Below, piece after piece: positions 1 through 7,542 of a stretch of 14,215 nucleotides of DNA. Source of the DNA: a bacterium (GTDB taxonomy: Bacteria > Hydrothermota > Tepidihabitantia > Tepidihabitantales > Tepidihabitantaceae); NCBI GenBank assembly GCA_046485285.1, contig JAWOHE010000009.1, forward strand, positions 1 through 14,215. Direction: 5' to 3'. Both the position numbers and the translations under genes were made by a program. The notes under the pieces were generated by a model. It did not search any database and had not been told where the DNA came from. It was given only the letters and a program-made list of their open reading frames with translations. Positions within the stretch are counted from its first letter, which is position 1; every line of letters begins with the position of its first letter.

Positions 1-101
1 AGCTCGAGCATCTCGTCCCGGTCCAGCGCAGCCAGCACCTGCGCACCCGCCGACCGGACCCTTCGACTTGCGGCCGACGACCATCTGCTGTACCTTCTCA
101 C
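1..101 (-). CDS. 5' part of a CDS, probably the IS256-family transposase N-terminus (partial)
   Basis: AAAGGAG SD (114-108), GTG at 101-99, open to the edge: MRRYSRWSSAASRRVRSAGAQVLAALDRDEMLE. Not in the ORF track. Family call rests on the adjacent terminal repeat. Confidence 0.55.
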   Translation of the reverse strand, partial: MRRYSRWSSAASRRVRSAGAQVLAALDRDEMLE

Positions 102-128
102 GCGGTTCTCCTTTCGTTGTTAACCCAG

Positions 129-137
129 ATGATACCA
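129..137 (-). promoter_or_regulatory. Extended -10 promoter (TGGTATCAT) for the putative transposase
   Basis: TGnTAnnnT motif about 28 nt upstream of the GTG start, inside the IS end. Confidence 0.45.
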
Positions 138-252
138 TCCGGGCAGGGGAACCGCTCTCCCTAATTTCAACTAAGATCGGGACATCCTCCATCCAAGGGC
201 ACCTCCTGCCGGGCTATCCGGCGTGCCAACTGCATACCCAGCCGCCCTCCCG

Positions 253-375
253 GAGCACCCGGGCAGGGCACCAGGCAGGCCGCCCAGATGGCGCACCGGG
301 CAGGCGCCCGGACGGGTCTCAGGACGAGCGCCCGGACGAGCACCGCGGCAGCGGCTACCCGGATGTCCCTCGGAC
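253..375. repeat. Degenerate ~12-bp tandem repeat tract (about 10 units)
   Basis: Units such as GGCGCACCGGGC, AGGCGCCCGGAC, GGGTCTCAGGAC, GAGCGCCCGGAC, GAGCACCGCGGC at a 12-bp period (290-349), with looser units on either side. Confidence 0.55.
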
Positions 376-699
376 AGTGCCCTCCTCGGCGGTCTGGCAC
401 TCGAAGACTATACTCGCGCTGGAGCGGCAAGAGCCTGCAATCGGTTGAGTCGGGGAGACCCGGGCCGGTTTCGCGTCCCGCTGACTAACGATTTGGCGTT
501 GGACTTTCCGGCGAGCGGCATCTAACAGGCGTGAGCCGAGCGCGGACGCGAAGAGAGGACGAGACTCGAAGACATGAAGTCAGGGAAGGGGGGCATCTCG
601 GTCAGGATGGGAACGAATCAGGTCAGTGCCGCGGGCCGCAGGGTCTCGGGCGAGCGAAGGGCCGCAAGGCGCCAAGCGCGGGGCGGGCGCGGGACCCGC

Positions 700-729
700 T
701 TGACCCGCGGCCGGGGTCGGCTATATGTT
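700..729 (+). promoter_or_regulatory. Sigma70-type promoter of the fhs operon
   Basis: TTGACC (700-705), then TATATG (722-727, 16-bp spacer) or TATGTT (724-729, 18-bp spacer). An AT patch in GC-rich DNA about 40 nt before the start; SD AGGAGG at 758-763. Confidence 0.65.
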
Positions 730-768
730 ATGCCGTGCTGAGATGGCCGAACCGGCAAGGAGGTCCGA

Positions 769-2436
769 GTGCTAACCGATATTGAGATTGCCCACAGCAT
801 CAAGCTCAGGCCGATAACCGACATCGTCAGGGCGCTGGGCATCGACGATATGGACCTGGTCCTGCCCAACGGCAACTACAAGGCGAAGCTGTCGCTAAGG
901 CTGTTCGACCGGCTCGCCGACCGGCCAAAGGGGAAGCTGGTGATGGTGACCGCGACGACGCCGACGAAGTACGGCGAGGGCAAGACGACTGTCTCGGTCG
1001 GGCTGTCGATGGCGCTCAACCGGATCGGGAAGAGGTCAATCGTCGTCCTGCGCGAGCCGTCGCTGGGGCCGGTGTTCGGCATCAAGGGCGGCGCGGCGGG
1101 CGGGGGATATTCCCAGGTCCTGCCGATGGAGGACATCAACCTTCACTTCACCGGCGACATCCACGCGGTCAGCTCGGCCCACAACCTGCTCGCGGCCCTG
1201 CTCGACAACTCGATTCACTTCGACAACCCGCTGCGGATTGACGAGCGCGAAATCTTCTTCCCGCGGACGATGGACATGAACGACCGCGTGCTCCGGACGA
1301 TGGTCGTCGGGCTGGGCGGCCGTGCCAATGGGCCGGCCCGCGAGGACCGGTTCGTCATCACCGCCGCGTCCGAGGTGATGGCGATTCTCGCGCTGTCGGC
1401 CTCGCGGCAGGAGCTCAAGGAGCGGCTGGGCCGGATTCTCGTCGCGATGAGCTACGACGACAAGCCGGTGACCGCGGCCGACCTGCACGCGACCGGGGCG
1501 ATGGCGGCCCTGCTCAAGGACGCGCTCAAGCCCAACGTCGTCCAGACCAGCGAGCACACGCCGGCGTTCATCCACGCCGGGCCGTTCGCGAACATCGCCC
1601 ACGGCACCGCGAGCGTGGTCGCGGCGAACATGGCCCTGCGGCTGAGCGAGTACGCGGTCATCGAGGCCGGGTTCGGGTCCGACCTCGGGGCCGAGAAGTT
1701 CGTCGACATCGTCGCGCCGGCCGCGGGCTGGGACATCGCCGGCTGCGTGCTGGTGACGACGGTGCGCGCGCTCCGGCACCAGGGCGGGGCGCGGGACGCC
1801 CGCCGGGGCAAGCTGACCGACCTGTGGCAGGGGATGGGCAACCTCGTGCGGCACATCGAGATCTGCCGGGCGCTCGGGCTCGAGCCGGTGGTCGCGCTCA
1901 ACCGCTTCGGCGACGATTCGGACGAGGACATCGGGCTGATCCGGAAGTACTGCGCCGAGCATGGTGCTGAGTTCGCGACGAGCGACGGGTTCGTACGCGG
2001 GAGCGAGGGCTGTGTCGAGCTGGCCGAGGCGGTCACGCGCCAGGTCGAGGCGAAGCCGGGCGCGAGCCGGCGCATCTACGACCCGGATGCGCCGGTCGAG
2101 GAGAAGATCGAGGCGGTCGCGATGAAGATCTACGGGGCGGAACGGGTCGTGTTCACGCCCCGGGCCGAGCGCGACATCCGGCTGGCGAGGGCGCTCGGCT
2201 ACGACAAGCTGCCGGTCTGCATCGCCAAGACGCCGCTTTCGCTGTCCGACGACCCGGAGTGCACCGGCGCGTGCCGCGGGTTCAAGGTCGCGATCTCGGC
2301 GGTGAACGTCTCGGCCGGGGCCGGGTTCCTGGTGCCGGTCGCCGGCGACATGATGCTGATGCCCGGGCTGGCGAAGCGGCCGAACGCGGCGGGCGTGGAC
2401 ATGGCCGAGGACGGCAGTATCACCGGGCTGTCGTGA
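769..2436 (+). CDS. fhs: Formate--tetrahydrofolate ligase (formyltetrahydrofolate synthetase)
   Basis: 555 aa with FTHFS motifs TPTKYGEGKTT, LREPSLGPVFGIKGGAAGGGY, PMEDINLHFTGDIHA, HAGPFANIAHG, EAGFGSDLGAEKF, PVCIAKT and C-terminal MPGL. GTG start with a strong SD. Confidence 0.97.
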   Translation: MLTDIEIAHSIKLRPITDIVRALGIDDMDLVLPNGNYKAKLSLRLFDRLADRPKGKLVMVTATTPTKYGEGKTTVSVGLSMALNRIGKRSIVVLREPSLGPVFGIKGGAAGGGYSQVLPMEDINLHFTGDIHAVSSAHNLLAALLDNSIHFDNPLRIDEREIFFPRTMDMNDRVLRTMVVGLGGRANGPAREDRFVITAASEVMAILALSASRQELKERLGRILVAMSYDDKPVTAADLHATGAMAALLKDALKPNVVQTSEHTPAFIHAGPFANIAHGTASVVAANMALRLSEYAVIEAGFGSDLGAEKFVDIVAPAAGWDIAGCVLVTTVRALRHQGGARDARRGKLTDLWQGMGNLVRHIEICRALGLEPVVALNRFGDDSDEDIGLIRKYCAEHGAEFATSDGFVRGSEGCVELAEAVTRQVEAKPGASRRIYDPDAPVEEKIEAVAMKIYGAERVVFTPRAERDIRLARALGYDKLPVCIAKTPLSLSDDPECTGACRGFKVAISAVNVSAGAGFLVPVAGDMMLMPGLAKRPNAAGVDMAEDGSITGLS

Positions 2437-2437
2437 G

Positions 2438-3163
2438 ATGAGCGCGGCCGCCTGCGAGGCCCGGGAGCTCGGCCGCGACTACGGCCGCCTGCGGGCGCTC
2501 GACGGGGTGAGTTTCGCGGTCGCGCCGGGCGAGGTGTTCGGGATCATCGGCCCGAACGGCTCGGGCAAGACCACGACCCTGCGGATCTTCGCGACCCTGC
2601 TGCGGCCGACCCGGGGCGCGGCGACCGTGTTCGGGCGGGACGTCGTGCGCGACGACCGCGAGGTGCGGCGGATGATAAGCTACCTGCCCGAGGACGCCGG
2701 CGCGTACAAGGGGCTGACCGGGTTGCAGTACCTCGAGTTCATGGCCGAGCTCTACGCCCGGGACCGGGCCGAGCGGGACCGGACCGTCGCGGCCGCGGTC
2801 GAGCTGGCCGGGCTGGGCGAGCGGCTGAGGAGCAAGGTCAGGACCTACTCCAAGGGGATGGCCCGGAAGCTGCTGCTGGCCCGCGCGCTCGCGACCGGGC
2901 CGAAGCTCGCCATCCTCGACGAGCCGACCTCCGGGCTCGACGTCGCGAACTCGACCGAGCTGCGCGCCCGGATCCGTGAGTTCGCGCGCCGGGGCACGAC
3001 CTTCCTGCTCTCCTCGCACAACATGCTCGAGGTCGAGTTCCTGTCCGACCGCGTGGCGCTGGTCGCCGCCGGCCGGGTCATCGAGCAGGGCACTCCGGCC
3101 GGGCTCAAGGAGAAGTACCGGGCGCGCAACCTCGAGGAGGTCTTCCTGGGGGCGACGCGATGA
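2438..3163 (+). CDS. ABC transporter ATP-binding subunit (NatA/DrrA-like exporter)
   Basis: Walker A GPNGSGKTT, signature variant YSKGM, Walker B ILDEPTSGLD, switch SSH. Starts 1 nt after the fhs stop. Confidence 0.93.
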   Translation: MSAAACEARELGRDYGRLRALDGVSFAVAPGEVFGIIGPNGSGKTTTLRIFATLLRPTRGAATVFGRDVVRDDREVRRMISYLPEDAGAYKGLTGLQYLEFMAELYARDRAERDRTVAAAVELAGLGERLRSKVRTYSKGMARKLLLARALATGPKLAILDEPTSGLDVANSTELRARIREFARRGTTFLLSSHNMLEVEFLSDRVALVAAGRVIEQGTPAGLKEKYRARNLEEVFLGATR

Positions 3164-4419
3164 GGGCGTTCGGGGCGATCGTCCTGAAGGAGCTGCGCGA
3201 GCTTGTCACGTTCCAGACCCTCGCGCCGATGCTGGTCGTCGTCGTCATCTACGGGTTCATCGGCCGGGCAATCCGGGGCGAGCGGGCGAAGGAGTCCGGC
3301 CCGGAGCTGGTGCTGGTCGTGGACGAGGACCGCTCCCGGCCCGCGGAAAGCATCCGCGCGCTGCTCGAGTCCGCCGGCTTCGTGCTCCTCGACGCGCCGG
3401 ATACCGCCGCGGCGCTGGCCGAGGCCCGGGAGGTCGACGCCGGCTGGGTCGTCGTCCTGCCGGCCGGGCTGGGCGACTCCGTGGCCGCGCGCCGGCCGGC
3501 CGGGATCGAGGCCTACGCGCTGGTCCGGGGTTTCGCGGTGAGCTGGATGATGCGAAGCGGCCGGTTCGGGGCCGCGCTCCGGGGCATCAACGCCGAGCTG
3601 GTCCGCGAGCGGCTGGCGGCGGACCGGCCGGGCGAGCCGCCCGAGCGAGCGCTCGAGCCGGTCACCATCCGCCAGTTCGTGATGGTGCGGGACCGGGTCG
3701 CGCCGGGCACGCCCGAACAGCTGGCCGAGGTCGCGATGTCGCAGACCGTGCTCATCCCGGCGATTCTGCTGCTGCTCATCATCGTCGCGAGCCAGATGAT
3801 TGCCGGCTCGGTCGGACAGGAGAAGGAGAACAAGACGCTCGAGACCCTGCTCACCGTCCCGGTGAACCGGATGACGGTGGTACTGGGCAAGATGCTCGGG
3901 GCGGTGCTGTTCGCGCTGGTGTCGAGCGCGCTCGTGTTCGCCGCGCTCTACTACTACATGGGCTCGATGACCGGGGGCGCGGGTCCGGGAACCGCGATCG
4001 CGGCCGCGCTGGGAATCGCGCCCGGGCCGGGCGACTGGCTCCTGCTCGGGCTGGCGCTCTTTCTCGCGGTCGTCTGCGCGCTGTCGCTGGTCTCGGTGCT
4101 GGCGGTGTTCGCCGACGACGCGCGCACCGCTCAACTCGCGACCACGCCGGTGATGGTGCTGGTGCTCCTGCCGTTCATGCTGACGACGTTTCTCGACGTC
4201 GGCTCGGCCGCCCTGCCGATGCGCGTGCTGGTCTATGCGATACCTTTCTCCTACCCGTTCCTCATCCAGCGCGCCGCGATGTTCGGCGACTACCGCCTGA
4301 TCGCCTTCGGGCTCGGCTACATGGCCGCGTTCGCCGCACTGATGGTGTTCATCGCCGCGAGGCTCTACTCGACGGACCGAATCTTGACCGCCCGGCTCAA
4401 CCTGCGCCGGCGCAGGTAG
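3160..4419 (+). CDS. ABC-2 type permease (NatB-like)
   Basis: N-terminal KELRE plus a TM helix, a large extracytoplasmic loop, the EKENKTLETLLTVP...GK motif and about 5 further TM helices. ATGA overlap with the ATPase gene. Confidence 0.9.
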   Translation: MRAFGAIVLKELRELVTFQTLAPMLVVVVIYGFIGRAIRGERAKESGPELVLVVDEDRSRPAESIRALLESAGFVLLDAPDTAAALAEAREVDAGWVVVLPAGLGDSVAARRPAGIEAYALVRGFAVSWMMRSGRFGAALRGINAELVRERLAADRPGEPPERALEPVTIRQFVMVRDRVAPGTPEQLAEVAMSQTVLIPAILLLLIIVASQMIAGSVGQEKENKTLETLLTVPVNRMTVVLGKMLGAVLFALVSSALVFAALYYYMGSMTGGAGPGTAIAAALGIAPGPGDWLLLGLALFLAVVCALSLVSVLAVFADDARTAQLATTPVMVLVLLPFMLTTFLDVGSAALPMRVLVYAIPFSYPFLIQRAAMFGDYRLIAFGLGYMAAFAALMVFIAARLYSTDRILTARLNLRRRR

Positions 4420-4427
4420 CCGGCACT

Positions 4428-4471
4428 GAAAAGCAACAGGACTGCGACCTCCAAGGGCTGCAGTCCTGTTG
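4428..4471 (-). terminator. Intrinsic terminator, minus-strand polarity
   Basis: Perfect 12-bp stem CAACAGGACTGC (4434-4445) / GCAGTCCTGTTG (4460-4471). It is followed by CUUUUC on the minus strand but by TCAAAA on the plus strand. May also stop the convergent ABC operon. Confidence 0.75.
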
Positions 4472-4510
4472 TCAAAACCCCAGTCTTGGCCCAGACTCCT
4501 GATTGCCTGA
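4428..4510 (-). ncRNA. Candidate sigma54-dependent small RNA (~80 nt)
   Basis: Bounded by a consensus -24/-12 promoter and a terminator on the same strand. No ATG or GTG start inside; one small hairpin (AGUCU/AGACU) plus the terminator hairpin. Confidence 0.65.
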
Positions 4511-4520
4511 GTACTTCCTA

Positions 4521-4537
4521 TGCAATTCCCGTGCCAA
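4521..4537 (-). promoter_or_regulatory. Sigma54 (RpoN) -24/-12 promoter
   Basis: Minus strand TTGGCACGGGAATTGCA matches TGGCACG-N4-TTGCW. GG at 4535-4534 and GC at 4523-4522 have the canonical spacing. Predicted TSS about 4510. Confidence 0.85.
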
Positions 4538-4561
4538 GTTCAGTCTTGGCGGCGCAAGATA

Positions 4562-4574
4562 CAACGTCTTGATA
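4562..4574 (-). promoter_or_regulatory. IHF-type binding site
   Basis: Minus strand TATCAAGACGTTG is an exact WATCAANNNNTTR match, at about -52 to -64 from the sigma54 TSS. Confidence 0.65.
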
Positions 4575-4625
4575 AACAGCGGCTTATGGTTATGGGTGGA
4601 TGGGCAGATACTCCTCGAGTAGCCA

Positions 4626-4671
4626 CTGCCGCTGAATTCTGCGTTAAGGCTGTTGCAGATTTCGGCGGTAG
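4626..4671. promoter_or_regulatory. Candidate upstream activator sequence (enhancer) for a sigma54 activator
   Basis: 17-bp imperfect inverted repeat CTGCCGCTGAATTCTGC (4626-4642) / GCAGATTTCGGCGGTAG (4655-4671), 14/17 matches, 12-bp spacer, at about -116 to -161. Confidence 0.5.
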
Positions 4672-4739
4672 GAGGGTGATGTTCGCGGGAAGCCTATGTG
4701 GGAAGGTCGGCGTCTAAGTACCATTAGGCAACACCGTGT

Positions 4740-6929
4740 TTGAGTAGCATACTGCTTCTAACCCTGCTCGGCGCAGGGCATTTTTCAGTTACCGGTTCGG
4801 TCCTGGACGCCTTGTCCGGAGCCGGACTTGCGCGCGCCAACGTCGTGGTTGGCGAAGCCGGTGCCGGTGCGGCAACCTCGATTGACGGGAGGTTCGCCAT
4901 TGCTGGCCTTGCGCCCGGCCGCTACTTGTTGGTCGCGAGTCACGTGGGGTTCCTGCCAGAGACGCTCCCGGTCGTCACCCAATCGGACGCGAGCCCGCAC
5001 GTCGAGTTTCGACTCCGACCTGAGCCGGTCGCGGTGCCGGAGGTCGCGGTGCGCGCGGCCCGGACCGTGCGCGGCGAGGCGGTGACAACCCGGGTCGTCA
5101 GCGCCGATGACCTGCGCGATCGCGCCGGCGGGTTCGTCCAGGACCCGGTGCGCTCATTGAGCTTCCTGCCCGGGGTATCGCACAGCGCGCGTGGCGAGTG
5201 GAGCGGCCAGTACGTCGTCCGGGGCGGGGACCCGGATGAAAACCGGCTCTGGTTCGACAATGTCGAGCCGCTCTGGCCTTACCACCTGCTCGGGTTCAGT
5301 TCGGCAATAAACCCGGATGTGATATCGAGCATCGAGTTCTACCCGACCGCGTTCCCGGCCCGGTACGGCGGCGCGCTGTCGAGCGTCACGGTCGTCCGGC
5401 CGCGGACCGAGGGAAGGGCCGAGGGCGCGTTCGCGTATGACCCGATGAACCTCAAGGCGAGTTACGCCGGTCGGCTCGATGACATCGAGGTGGCGGCCTC
5501 GGTGCGCCGGACGTTCTACCACGTTCAGTTCGGGCCGCTCGGGTCAGGCCGCGACAACCAGCCCAGCTACAATGACCTGTCGGCGCGGCTGGGCGTGCCG
5601 CTCGGCCGCGAGCACCGGGTCCGGGTGACGGTGCTGACCGGCTCGGACCGGATCCTCACCGAACTGCGCGGGACAGCGACCGATGTGTCCGAGTCCGGGC
5701 GTGCGGTCGGCCTGACGCTGGAGTCCGACTACGGCCGGGTCCGGACCGAGGTCACCGGCTGGTACACCGACCACGAGTTCGCGCTCGAGCCGACCCGGTG
5801 GCAGGGCCGGGGCGGCACCGCCGAGCGCGAGGCCGGGGCCAGGTTCGAGGCCTTCACCACGGTCGGGGCCGCGGACCTCAGCGGCGGGCTCCAGGCCGGC
5901 GAGGCGACCTTCTCAGGCAACCTGCTCGAGCGCGAGGGGTTCGGCCGAAGCGACCCCATCGCCGCGGGCTGGCTCGACGCCCGGTTCCGGCTCGGACCGC
6001 GGCTGGCTCTTGATGGCGGCCTGCGGGTCGAGGAAGTGCGTTGGGTCGCGGACCGCGCAATCGAGCCGCGGCTCGTCGCGAGCTACCGGCTCGGGCCGGG
6101 CGCGGCGGTCCGGGCCGGCTGGCGCCGGGTCCACCAGCACCCGTACGGCTTCCTGCGCCGGAGCGTGGCCGCGGTCGTCTTCGACAACGAGTACTCGCTC
6201 TACGAGACCTACCGGGACGGCGTGCTGTCGGCCAAGGCGGCGGACCACTTCTCGCTTGCGGGCGAGGTCGCGCTCGGCGAGCTCGCCCGGCTCGACGTCG
6301 AAGCCTACCAGAAGGAGTACTCGCGCCTGCCGAGCTGGCAGGAGGATTCACTCGGTCGGGGGATCGGGTACGGTGCCGAGGGCTTCGGCCGCGCGCGGGG
6401 CGTCGAGCTGGCGCTCGAGACAGGGCCGGCCGCGGGCTGGAGCGGCCAGCTCAGCTATGGGCTCGCCTGGTCGCGGAAGCAACAGGGCGCGGACACGATA
6501 CCCTACTGGGACGAGTACGACCGCCGCCACTCGGTAAACCTCATCGGGATGAAGGAGTGGCCGGGCGACTGGCGGCTGACCGCGACCCTGCATCTCCACA
6601 CCGGCTCGCCCTACACGCCGCTCGTCTACTACCGCAACCGGCGGGAGGTCGGCGGGTCGGACCTGCGGCGCGAGGGCAGCGGCTGGGTGGTCACTGGCGA
6701 GAAGAACTCGCTTCGGGTGCCGGCCTACCACCGGCTCGACCTCAAGCTCCAGAAGGAGCTCGCCCACCTGCCGCTCCGGCCGTTTTTCTACGTCGAGATT
6801 CTCAACGTCTATAACCACGAGAACGTCTACCACCTCGTCCAGTTCGAAACCGCGAGGGGCGACATCCGGACCGGCCGGTTCACCGGCATCCAGTTCATCC
6901 CGCTCATCGGGATGGGCGGCCGTTTCTGA
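4740..6929 (+). CDS. TonB-dependent outer-membrane receptor with N-terminal carboxypeptidase-regulatory-like domain
   Basis: Signal peptide; VTGSVLDA...GAAT..DGRF.I...PGRY.L..SHVGF domain; plug motifs (DPVRSLSFLPGV, VRGGDPDEN, FPARYGGALSSV); beta-barrel motifs (EPRL, ARGVEL, DRRHS, PAYHRLDL, NVYNHEN); C-terminal Phe. TTG start is uncertain. Confidence 0.9.
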   Translation: MSSILLLTLLGAGHFSVTGSVLDALSGAGLARANVVVGEAGAGAATSIDGRFAIAGLAPGRYLLVASHVGFLPETLPVVTQSDASPHVEFRLRPEPVAVPEVAVRAARTVRGEAVTTRVVSADDLRDRAGGFVQDPVRSLSFLPGVSHSARGEWSGQYVVRGGDPDENRLWFDNVEPLWPYHLLGFSSAINPDVISSIEFYPTAFPARYGGALSSVTVVRPRTEGRAEGAFAYDPMNLKASYAGRLDDIEVAASVRRTFYHVQFGPLGSGRDNQPSYNDLSARLGVPLGREHRVRVTVLTGSDRILTELRGTATDVSESGRAVGLTLESDYGRVRTEVTGWYTDHEFALEPTRWQGRGGTAEREAGARFEAFTTVGAADLSGGLQAGEATFSGNLLEREGFGRSDPIAAGWLDARFRLGPRLALDGGLRVEEVRWVADRAIEPRLVASYRLGPGAAVRAGWRRVHQHPYGFLRRSVAAVVFDNEYSLYETYRDGVLSAKAADHFSLAGEVALGELARLDVEAYQKEYSRLPSWQEDSLGRGIGYGAEGFGRARGVELALETGPAAGWSGQLSYGLAWSRKQQGADTIPYWDEYDRRHSVNLIGMKEWPGDWRLTATLHLHTGSPYTPLVYYRNRREVGGSDLRREGSGWVVTGEKNSLRVPAYHRLDLKLQKELAHLPLRPFFYVEILNVYNHENVYHLVQFETARGDIRTGRFTGIQFIPLIGMGGRF

Positions 6930-6941
6930 CCCGGGCCGCGC

Positions 6942-6969
6942 TTGACCGGCCGGGTCGGCGGCCTAGAGT
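6942..6969 (+). promoter_or_regulatory. Sigma70-type promoter, probably giving a leaderless mRNA
   Basis: TTGACC-16 bp-TAGAGT, with 6 nt between the -10 box and the ATG at 6976; no SD. Confidence 0.65.
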
Positions 6970-6975
6970 CAGTTG

Positions 6976-7542
6976 ATGTCAGCGGTCAGCCGCGCGGTCG
7001 TCGCGCTCGTGTTCGCGGCCGGTTGCCGGCCTGCCGCGCCCGGTCCGGTGCACTTCGCGCGCGAGGAGGTGTCGGTTACGGTCCGTCCGGGCGCGGTCGA
7101 GGTGCTCGGCACCTACCATTTCACCAGCTCGGCCCGGGACACAATCGCGGCCGTCATCAGCTACCCGTTCCCGCTCGACTCGTTCCACGACTACCCGGAG
7201 TCGGTTGCCCTGCCCGGGCACCGGTTCCAGCTCGCCGAGTCGGCGGCGCGGTTCGTGATGCGCTTCCGGCCCGGGGGCGAGGACTCGTTCACCGTCCGGT
7301 ATCGCCAGCCCCTGCGCGGGCCGCAGGCGCGCTACATCGTCACCACGACGCGGCAGTGGCGGCGGCCGATCGACCGGGCACAGTTCCGGGTGACGGTGCC
7401 GGCCGGGCTTGCGGGCGCGACGCTCAACTACCGGCCGGACAGTACCCGGCGTGACGACAGCACGCTGACCTGGTTCTTCACCCGGTCCGGGTTCTTCCCC
7501 GAGGAGGACGTCGTCGTCAGTTGGTCCGACAGCGTGCGCTAG
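6976..7542 (+). CDS. Probable lipoprotein, DUF4424-like hypothetical protein
   Basis: MSAVSRAVVALVFAAG-C lipobox-like signal and a beta-rich body. ARYIVTTTRQWRRPI resembles the Y-L-TG--W-GPI motif I recall for DUF4424 (tentative). Confidence 0.6.
   Translation: MSAVSRAVVALVFAAGCRPAAPGPVHFAREEVSVTVRPGAVEVLGTYHFTSSARDTIAAVISYPFPLDSFHDYPESVALPGHRFQLAESAARFVMRFRPGGEDSFTVRYRQPLRGPQARYIVTTTRQWRRPIDRAQFRVTVPAGLAGATLNYRPDSTRRDDSTLTWFFTRSGFFPEEDVVVSWSDSVR

Larger units (their letters stand above)
1..189 (-). mobile_element. Left end of a probable IS256-family element (truncated by window edge)
   Basis: Minus strand from 189 reads GAGGATGTCCCGATCTTAGTTGAAATT, an imperfect match (14/27 by eye, GTnCCGA and AAA blocks aligned) to the end at 14029 next to a clear IS256 transposase C-terminus. 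It is followed by an SD and an ORF start. Confidence 0.6.

Noticed and set aside
253-375. CRISPR array
   Set aside because: Units are 12 bp, degenerate and contiguous, with no spacers and no cas genes.
450-768. ZMP/ZTP (pfl) or THF riboswitch upstream of fhs
   Set aside because: No GACUGGCG...CGCCUGGGC pattern, and the promoter leaves only ~35 nt of leader with a weak TGCCG/CGGCA hairpin.
68-785. Short ORFs between the IS end and fhs
   Set aside because: Low-complexity translations with no SD, and some cross the IS boundary.
4520-4717. 65-aa ORF in the intergenic region
   Set aside because: No SD, atypical codon usage, and it coincides with the sigma54 promoter, IHF site and enhancer-like repeat.
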